A DNA stretch of 63,885 bases, counting the filler, from Octopus bimaculoides (taxonomy: Eukaryota): the NCBI RefSeq assembly GCF_001194135.2. It is 6 parts of 6 records of this genome, joined end to end, with 100 filler letters (N's around TTAATTAATTAA, not from the genome) between each part and the next. Parts side by side here need not be neighbours in the genome. Positions count along the whole stretch, not along the records: positions 1 to 26,031 come from NC_068981.1; 5 more parts are not named here. One strand, written 5' to 3'. Of this stretch, positions 12,101-22,800 are shown one piece after another (the stretch's first letter is position 1; every line of letters begins with the position of its first letter). The position numbers and the translations under genes are program-made. The notes beneath the pieces are model-generated. The model did not search any database, was not told the origin of the DNA, and worked only from the letters and a program-made list of their open reading frames with translations.

Positions 12101-13828
12101 ATGCAATTACATTTTAGAATAAAACTATAGGCTAGGTCCGAGAGGCCAGTTCTGGCAAGTTTCAACATAAAACATGTTTGGCCTGCATATGGCCAGTATA
12201 AATGCTAAATGGATAAAGTGCTACTTGTAACAATTCTAAAAATATAACAAGGAAAAATATTCAGCACTCGTGAAAAGAAAGTTTTAAAAAATAAAAAACT
12301 GAATTTACCTGCATTAGGTAAAATAGTAGCACGGTGGATGGTAATATTATCAAACTGGACAGGAAGTTGCTCATAAAAAGCAGCTAACATTTTTGCAAAG
12401 GCTCTCCAAGCCAACACCAGATAACCTGTAGCCGGAAACAGCACTCTTCCATCAATTATGTGACCAACAAGGTAATAATCTTTAGCCTCTTCAGAAGATA
12501 TATCACATTCTATCACACAGCAGTTTTCTTTACCAGAACCAGAAGCTAGAAACTGTTCAATGGTAGGGACAGCCCATGTTTCACTATGGTCCCATTTGAA
12601 AATGGAATTAAGCATGCCTGTCCCTCTTGACACTGGATAGGAGACTGGTGAATATACTTTCAGTGGGTTAAAGTTCATCCCTGCCATGAAGCATCTAAAA
12701 AAAATAAACAGTTTGAGTAAGACATGGGATAGAGAGTCGCTCAAGAGGTCACAGGATGTGTGACAAAAGTACTCTGTGAAAGAAATTAAAATAATAAATA
12801 ATGCTGAAGTGAAGACCGTGTGAGAGTGTTTAATTAGCAAAATATGACCATCCCCAAGTATAACAAACTCAATTTGAGATTCAAGTAAAACTCCTCTTCA
12901 ACATCTTATAAAAAAAAGAAATAATAATTAAGGCTTCAGAATTCTATTAGCAGCAAATTCTTGGGGAATTTCTCTTTTGCATTTATTTTTATTCTACTTA
13001 GATCTAAATCTATTGGATTGTTCACACAGCATCAGTAAATGTTCAACTTTGAGTTCAATCTATATACTACTAAAACTGTGCTTGTTTGTGCGCTTGTCTG
13101 TAATTTAATACAGCCAAACAGACACATAATGGGGAAAATACTCTGAGAGTAAGGCACCCCTGAAATGTGAATACAAACAAAATAAAACAATATTATTCTA
13201 TATTTTTTTTTAGTCAAATGAAGGGTTGGGTTTGAAATTCCACCAGAAAACCTGATGAGGGCTGGGGAATACATCAGCTGAAACGTGATAACAAACAAGG
13301 TGAGGACACCTATCCATCCATTGTAAATAATGTAGAATAAAACAAGTTTCACATAAATTAGACAACAAATTCAAGATATGTAGTTTTTCTTAGTGGTGGT
13401 NNNNNNNNNNGCAGCTTCGTAAGTAACCAAAACAGTACATAATGGGAAAATACTATGAAAGTAACATAACCCTGAAATAGGAATACACAATACTGGGGAA
13501 ATTGCTTCCATTAATTTTATGTTTACGTTACATGAACTGATAAACCAGACCTATGATGAAACGAGCAAACTGAATCATCATAAAATCAAATTTCATTTCA
13601 ATGCAAAATGTTGAAATCAGCTTCAATGTTTTATAACCTGAACCCGCCAGAGACCAAACAGATCACAGGTAGTCTAGTGTCTAATAAATTTGAGCAGAAA
13701 AACTGACAACTTCCAACAAAAATACAACTGAAACCCATTTATAGAAAGGAGTAAAGTTCATTCCAATTAAGTTCTATCAGCCAACTACTGGACTAATTAT
13801 ATATGGGGTGCAGTCAATAGATACACAA

Positions 13829-13867
<39 letters not shown>

Positions 13868-16800
13868 ACATCGACCACTAACGTGGACAATTAATGCGCT
13901 AGAAATAGATTACATCTTGTGTCTATTAAGACCTAAATTGTTCTCAACATGAAATATAGCAGCATACCAAAACGTGAGCGGGCAAGACATTTAAAATCAC
14001 CTATATTCCGCTCAGTTGAGAGGGTGTCTTGCAAATACTTGGTAACCTCACCAGTGCTGAGGTCATGAAAAAGTACCCAGTACAATGTGAAGTGGTTAGC
14101 ATTAAGTAGGTCAGCCAACAGTAGAAAGCATGCCAAAGCAGACACCGAAGCTCATGTTGAACCATCCAACCCATGCCAACATGAAACAAAGGATGATGGT
14201 TTTATGACCCTGAAAACCATTTTGGGAAATGGACTAACTGAAAACAGGAAGAAGCACAAAAACATGGAAGTAATTTAACACTAAGAAATACACATAAATT
14301 ACTGTCCTTCTTCACATATTGCTATTGAATTCTTAAATTACTAGATCATATATTTGTAGTTCCCATCCAACAACATAACTTAAGGAAATTCTACTTTGTT
14401 AATTTTTTTTTTTTTTTTTTAATGCAAATTTCCTGAGGAAATTAAAAATCCTTACAGAAACAAACTGTAAAAATCTTACTTTCCAAGCATTGAATAAAAG
14501 AACTCCAAGTTGTTAACATGCTTCCTTTTCATCAAGCCAACCAAAACACATTTGGTGTTCAAAGTTCTTTTGAGAATTGCCTGTAGGAGGCAATGAGGTG
14601 CTATTTCAATAACAATTGCATTGCTAGGAACATGCTGGAGAGCTTCCTGGAACAGCACTGGATTCAAAAGATTGTTGACATGATAGCTGGCCGAAGAGAA
14701 TTTTGCAAGTTGGGTATCCCACTTTTCAGCTGGAATTGAGGTACTAATCCATCGGGAAGTACGTAACTTGGGAACAATAACCTAAGAAAGAAAGAAAACA
14801 AAAACCAAAGTAAAAGCAGTCGTTTATTATTTTAAACANNNNNNNNNNNNNNNNNNNNNNNNNNNNNNNNNNNNNNNNNNNNNNNNNNNNNNNNNNNNNN
14901 NNNNNNNNNNNNNNNNNNNNNNNNNNNNNNNNNNNNNNNNNNNNNNNNNNNNNNNNNNNNNNNNNNNNNNNNNNNNNNNNNNNNNNNNNNNNNNNNNNNT
15001 AATTAAAATTCATTTATCTTAATAGTTTCAAGCTTTCCAATAAATAAAATACTAATCCTCTATTCTTTTATTTGTTTCAGTCATTTGAGTGCAGCCATGC
15101 TGGAGCACCGCCTTTTAGTCGAGTAAGTCAACCCAGGACTTATTCTTTGTAAGCCTAATACTTATTCTATTGGTCTCTTTTGCCAAACTGCTAAGTTAGG
15201 GACGTAAACACACCAGCATCGGTTGTCAAGCGATGTTGGGAGGACAAACACAGATACACAAACATATACACACACATACATATATACGACGGGTTTCTTT
15301 CAGTTTCCGTCTACCAAATCCACTCACAAGGCTTTGGTCGGCCTGAGGCTATAGTAGAAGACACTTGTCCAAGGTGCCACGCAGTGGGACTGAACCCAGA
15401 ACCATGTGGTTGGTAAGCAAGCTACTTACCACACAGCCACTCCTGTGCCTATACCATTTGATAAAAGTCATTCAGATAGTAAGCACAGCAGTAGTTTTTA
15501 ACAGCAATTTTTTTTATCAAACATTCAAAAATATAACTTTAAAGAAAGCCTTTTAATGAAATTTCCTAAGGTAATGAAAAACAAAAATTCTCTAAATTCA
15601 AAACCAAATTTTTTAACACTGGAATTGTTAAAAGTAAAAAAGCGCTTAGCACTTCAATAATCTAAACATGGCTTATTAGGACTATTTTCATTAGAACAAA
15701 GTTGATTGTTTAACTTAATATATATTTGTGGATGGTTAATTTAATTCATTGCTCTGTTTAACACCCATGGGTAGCACAATACATGAAACACCTTGGCTCC
15801 TGAGGTTCTTTAGGAGTCCAAATTGTTGCAAGAATTCATTTTCTGGTCTGAAGATAAGTTATTAGTATGATGCATTGCTTCCTATAATAGTAAACCCTCT
15901 ATTAGGGTTTCAACCCATCTTTCCTAGCAATTAGTGTTGGAGGCCCATTAAAAAAGAAAAACACAAACCTTCCTCCAAATTATAATTAAAAAAAAGAAAA
16001 GTGTATTTCAATTTTTCTTAGGAGAGCACAATACAGTTTTGAAATTCAAATGAACATTCCTAGAACCATTCTTTTTATGGGCTGTATCTACATGTCGAGT
16101 GAAAGTTAACTATTTACAACTAAGTACGCTCAGCTAAGGAGAACAGTTTAACTTTACCTCAAGGCATGTCACATGATACTGGAATTCTTTCATATTGTAG
16201 TTATTAGTTTAGTTGAATTCATAGACTTATACTGGGAGGGAGAAAGGAAGTGGGACAATTTCAACAAAAAGTTAAACTCAGAGAGAGAGGAAGAAAAGAG
16301 AAACAGACCCTTGAAAGAGAGAACGAGAGAAACAGACAAATAGAAATTAGCCAAATAATATGCTCAACAGCACAATATGTTAACTGGAAATGGCTAACTT
16401 GTAAAATCTTACAAAGTTGATAACGAGAACCAGTTTGAAGGCAGATATAATGAATTTAGTAAAAGCTGAATTACTTGGCTGTGAGCATTTGTTTGTTCTT
16501 TAATTTGTACAATCTTTAACAGTCCAGACAGCACACAAAGGCCAAATTAAAAATGTATGATCTCCATAACCCAACTTACTTTGTCTAAAGCTGCTTGTAA
16601 TGCAGGAGCTATTTGCTTCATATAATATGAATGGAAGGCCACAGATGAGCTCTGCACTTCCCTCGCAAAGATATCTTTAGATTTTAGATCTTCAATGAAA
16701 TTGGTAATCAAGTCAGCAGCACCAGAAATTGTAACAGAATCCTCAGCATTGTGACAAGCTGGAACTACACCTTCAGGACACATTTCTTTTGCTTCTTTCC

Positions 16801-19800
16801 AAGTCAAACCTTATAAAGTGAATGACAAAATTGAAAAATAGAAACAAACAGACAATATTAGAAATGACATTCAAGATTATCTTAAAATAAAAATATTATA
16901 AAACAAGCAATATGACCAGTAAAACCATACTAATTTTTGTATAAATCAAGATTTTTCCTTTCGTTATTTAAAACGAGGTCAGCTTTAGTTGAGCAAAATC
17001 TATGCCAAGTAGAAAGTTGGAATCTACAGATTCATTGTTCCAATTATACAAGTAACCTTCTTGCTTGAGGACCATACTCTTCACTCTGATAGACATATTC
17101 CTCATACATAATCACGAGAGGTGTAATTAGAAAAGTGAACTGATGGAAAAATTCTTTATGAACTGAAATTTTCCTCAATTGCAGAAAGAAAAAAAAATGT
17201 TGTGGAAATTAAGGGGAGATAATTTCAAAAGATCAAAATTTCCTAGAAAATTTGAAATGTTTATTTGGGAAGGAGTTCTAATATTTAATAGGAAGCTGGC
17301 AGGAAGGGCATCCAGCAATAGAAAATCTGCCTCAACAAATTCCATCTGGCCCATGCAGGCATGGAAAAGTGATGTTAAAATGATAATGATAATGATAAAA
17401 AGAGGAATGAGGACAAGCCAAAACATCTAGTTCAGCACTACATCGAAAAGAATAAAATACAAAAATAAATAAATACTAACCAACAGCTGCCATTTTGCCA
17501 TGAGGTAACCCACCATCTAAAATACATTTGCCTCGCCAATAAGCAGCTAAAATTGTTTCTTCAGCAGTCAATGATCCATCAGCATAACCACAACCAAGTT
17601 CTCCTACAGAATGGCCAATAATGCCATCAGGTTTTATTCCCATGGCACTCAAAAGATCAACCAGTGCAATCTAAAAATTAAAAAGTATTAGGAAATTCAT
17701 TTTTTGTTTTATTACAAAACTAGTGAAAAAAACGTAACTACAGTTTGGAAACTAGAAAGAAAAATTTTTTTTTAATATTTTCATTAAAATTGATTTCTCC
17801 CAATGAAAGTTCACTACTTTGAATGAATCAGTTAAAGTGACTCAGTATATGACTGGTACTTGTGTTTTTGAAATTGAAAGGATGAAAGGTAAAGTTGACT
17901 AGTTAGATTTGAACTGAGGACCGTATTGAAAATATTCTAGGTCAGTTCAACACTTGGGTTTCTGTCATTCCATTACAATATTTCTATTTATATTAAATAG
18001 GAATGGTGTGCATCAGAGAGCAAGATGCAATCTCCAATGAAGTTAAACCTGCATCATAGTCTCAAATCCCAATACACATGTACCATGTTTATCCTTAAAA
18101 TCATTATTGAAACATCCCATTTCTCTCTCCACTGAAACTGGGACTTTACTATCCGATCAAAAAAGGACCCAATAATTTTAAGAAAATATTCTGTACCCTT
18201 AGTAAGGGGTATAGAATACTTTTAATATCCCACACTGGATATAAGCAAGAGATTATGTTAAATGCTTCATAAGCCATCCTTATGAGATGGAAAAACCTGA
18301 TTAAACTAGGGTCTTACCCAGAATGAATAGATTATTTAAAGTACTTTAACCCTAGTGCTCAAGTGGTACTTATCTTATCAACCTCTTAGTGGAATTTGAA
18401 CTCAGAAAACAAAGGACAAAATACTGCTAAGCATTTTGCCCAGCAGGGTAACAATTTTGCCATCTCACCAACTTAATCTCAGTAAATTATTTAAATGAGT
18501 ATGAGATAGAAGATAGTTGTAAAAATTATTATCTCATGTTACCTGGATAGCAGCAATTCCCACAAAAGAATACAAGGCATTGTTAAATATATTTTCATCT
18601 CCTTCGAGCAGAATTTGGCTTAGTTTGATACCCAGAGGTGAAATCACTGCATCAGATTTCATAATAGAACTGTAGAAGACATCCAGCTTCATGAGACTTT
18701 TTCCCATTCCAGGCCATTGTGAACCCATACCAGCAAATACAAACCAAATGGGTCTGGTTTCAGGAGGACATTTCTAATAATAAAATTAAAATTTAATATT
18801 AAATAAGGAATTCTACACGAGAAGAAATGTTTAACAAAGCTACCAAAATCTGAATAGACCTGGCTTTTTAACAAATGAAGGCCAAAAACTTGCCATGAGG
18901 TAATTACAAATCTTGAAATGTCTAAATCTTCAAATACATATTCGAAAGCATTTTCAAATGAATTGGAAACATCGAAATTAAATACAAAATGTATTATTTA
19001 AGAGATTTCTATACAAAGGTGTGCTGAAAAGTTCCTGGTTTTGGGTAAAAGAAAATACAAGAGGATCAATTATGGTTTTATTAAACATATTTCCCTTTCA
19101 TATGCACACTTATTGCAGCGATCCTTGTTTTTCTAAGCCCTGTTAAAAAAAAAAGAAAAAAAAAGAAAAAAAAAGTCGGGCCTTCAATCAGGCCTTTTGC
19201 AATACGCCCTCGTATGTTTTAAATGTTCTTTAAATTCTGAAACTTCAAAAGTATTGAATTTCCATTTTCTGATATGATTAATCTTCTATTTATGAAAAAA
19301 AAAAAATTTTCATTAATTTTCACAGCCAATTTTTATGTTTTAGAGGTATTGTTTTACAGCTAGAGGCCCTTCTAGTTGCAAACCCACACCTGTTTTTCAA
19401 GTAAGGTATCTCCTATTCCAAACATTTTTAAAGATGCAAAACTCTGACAGACAGTTTGTTGACAGGAAAAATTGTTTTTCATTTTATTGCTTGTAGCATG
19501 GTTATTTTTTGAGTGTCACAAATGTAAACAAACATACTCATGCATGCACACAAAATGGGCTTCTTTCAATTTCTGTCAACCAAATCTACTTCAAAGACTA
19601 CAGTCGAAGACACTTGCCCAAGATGCCTAATCACAATAAAAGGTTACTTATAGGGCAGTAACATCCTGTAATTTTAAGTTGTCAAGGCATCAATACAACC
19701 CATCTTTATACTAAGAGTTTGAAAGATGCACTGGGATTGTTCTCAATTGCATTCCTCTGGTTCCAAAGATCTGGAATACTTGCCAATGATGCTGTATTTG

Positions 19801-22800
19801 CTGAAGATGCTTACAGTTTAACTCTTAGCATACTTTGTCAAATGTAATACATTGTTTTGTATTAATCATGCATTATCTTGTAGCATTGAGATTTCTATGA
19901 TGCAACTGTATATTTTTAAAATGACATTGTAGGGTAAGTGTGAGAGGCCAGATTTGGCCATTTTGAACATAAAACAAGTACAATATTTGGGCCATTTAAA
20001 ATGCTAAAGGATTAAGACTGTGCTTTCTCATTGTAATTAATAAAGCTAAGAGTTAAGCATTTGAAACTAAAGATCAAGTGAAGCACCATTATGAACTGCT
20101 GATCCTTAAAAGCCTAAACATGATTCCATGCAACAATTTATCCTACATTTCAAAAGTGATAAAAACAGAGACCTTATTCCATACAAATAGTAGTGTATGT
20201 ACAATGACAGCCACACCCAGCTAACTGAAAGTTAATTAACTATTTTAAGACATTTCAGTGTTTATTGGAACACACAATAGGTTTCATTGAGATACTAAAA
20301 ATAAAATTTATTTATTCTATTATTGAATTAGGTTGTCTAAAATTTGCTTATTTACTGTGGTTCATAAGATCATATACCACCTTGTTTGTATACAGCAGTT
20401 AAACATCATTTAACATCTATTTTCCATGCTGGCATGGGTTGGACAGTAATATCAAAATTATGCTAGAAGACTACAGAGGATACAACTGGTCTTAAATTAC
20501 AGACCAAACAGATTTGGGGCATGACTGCAAGTCGATACTAATATCAGTTAACTAAATTATTTTGCATGCATGTAAAAACATGACTAACACACCACCAAAC
20601 AGTTTTCGCAATTTTAGCACATTCAGGTTTCCTAGAGAAAAAGCTTTGTCAAATCATCTGGTGTAGTTTACTGCAGTTCGAGAACAAGTATTTAAATTAA
20701 TAAAAATTTAATTGTACCTATTGTATTGTGGAGAAGAAATGTTTGTCTAAATAAAAATAGGTTTTACTTCAAGTTTACAAGTGAGAAGTTAGCAACAGGA
20801 AGAATAACTGAAAACAATTACTTCAACTGAATGTTTAAATAGGTTTTATATTTATAATACAACTAAGTCAGCTAAATATATAATTAAAGCTTCAATACAC
20901 AATCTTCAGTATTTGCTGTGCAAGAAACAGTTCTTGAATTTTTTTTTTTTTTTTTGTGCAGCTAAAAACACCAGCTAAAGTTGATGTTTATAGCTGGAAA
21001 AACAGAAATGAGGTAATCTAAATTGCTGATTCAGTACACTAAGAGTCTAACTTCTCTATGGCATTCATAAAACAATGCGAAGCACAAACAAAACTACAAT
21101 TCAAGCAATGAGTAAATGTAATTGTTCTAACCTCAATACGTATTTCAGTATCTTCCATATTAAGAAAAGCATATCCTCGGTAAGGTTTATTATTTGTGGA
21201 GAGTAAAATTGTCTCTTGCAAAAGGGCTTGGAAATCAACATCATGCTTTCTTTCCTTGACAATTTCCATGGCATCGTATATGGCCTGTTCAGTACGGCCA
21301 GCAAATGTTACCAATCTTGCCATGTCAGAAGCAGGATGTGGGACAGGCTTTTCAGTTGGGTAGGAGCGTAGTAAAGCATGAACGTTTGAGCCACCAAAAC
21401 CAAAAGAATTGATTCCTACATATCCACCATTCCAGCGTAATCTTTCTGTAACCACCTTCAACCGACCATCGAGTAAACCTGGAATATCAGGATTTGGTTC
21501 TTTATAATGTAAGTTTGCAGGAATCATTCCATCTTCCATAGCAATGATGACTTTAGCTAAAGCAGCCAAACCTGGAGGGAAAACAAAAGATAAATCAGAG
21601 GTTTAGAAATAATTTGAAGTGAATGGTAAAAATGTTGACTTTGGTTTAAATTCGATAAATTTAAGAATCTTCACCCTTTGGCTTTCAGATTAACTCATCA
21701 GATGTAATGCTTCTTTTATACATATTTTATATTATTCATGCATTATGGCATAGATTTCAATGATGTGATTGATTATTTTTAGAATGACATTGTAGGGTAG
21801 GTGTGAGAGGCCAGATCTGGCCAGTATGAACATAAAACAGGTAAAATATTTAGACTGAATAGGGCTGGCTTAAAGGCTAAAGAGTTAAACCCACAAGCTG
21901 GTCTATTACTTAAGACACTCCTAACAATCTAGTAATTCCTCATCACTCTCATACATTGATACAAATCAGAATTCGTTATGAAAAGATTATAACTGAGCAA
22001 GTTTACAAAACCATATATCCTTTTCTTATGGTATGTAGAACTCCTAAGTGCAAATCATTTAGAATCTTTAACTTTCATAATATAGACAAAACTATCTCTC
22101 CAAATTTCCTACCATTTTTCAAACATGGGCTATGTGAGGTTTTAAGTTCCAAATATTCAAAAACAAAATGGGTATAGTATAAATGCATGACCAAAATAAA
22201 TTTCAGCACAAAGGCATTTAATATGCTATTCTTACTATCCCTGCTGTGAATGAATGACCGTGAACTATCCCTGTGGCGAATATGTGACCGTGAACTATCC
22301 CTGTGGCGAATGGGTGACCGTGAACTATTCTTGCTGAACCACAAGGATCCATATGGCCACTTCTCAAATTTCTGTTGTTCTGCTGATAAGTGAGAAGTTT
22401 CTAATTAACAAAATTTAGTGACAATGCAGCCTCTGTACTTTGCAGCTGACTACCAGACACTCTTGTCCGAGTTATTCACAGCTGTCAGTGAATGGCAATA
22501 GCTTCAAATATCATTTTACCTGATGCAGGTTCAGGGTGTCCCATGTTAGATTTTGTTGATCCAACAAACAGTGGCCCATCTCTTCCTTTACAAAATACAT
22601 CAGCAATGGTGTTGAGTTCTTGAGGATCCCCTGCTTGTGTTCCGGTACCATGTGCTTCAACATAGGCCACATTTTTAGGATCAACTCCAGCTTCTGAATA
22701 TACTTCTGTAATTAATTTTTTCTGGATCTCTCCTGACGGAAATGTAATACCTGATAGGAAAAAAAATTGAAAAATTCATTATACAATCAACTAATTATAT

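Noticed and set aside
18187-18220. Short hairpin tattctgtaccc...gggtatagaata as a terminator-like element
   Set aside because: It lies in a eukaryotic intron and is imperfect and short; expected by chance or as a TE scar.
22234-22336. CRISPR-like array
   Set aside because: The units are contiguous with no unique spacers, the context is eukaryotic and no cas genes are present.
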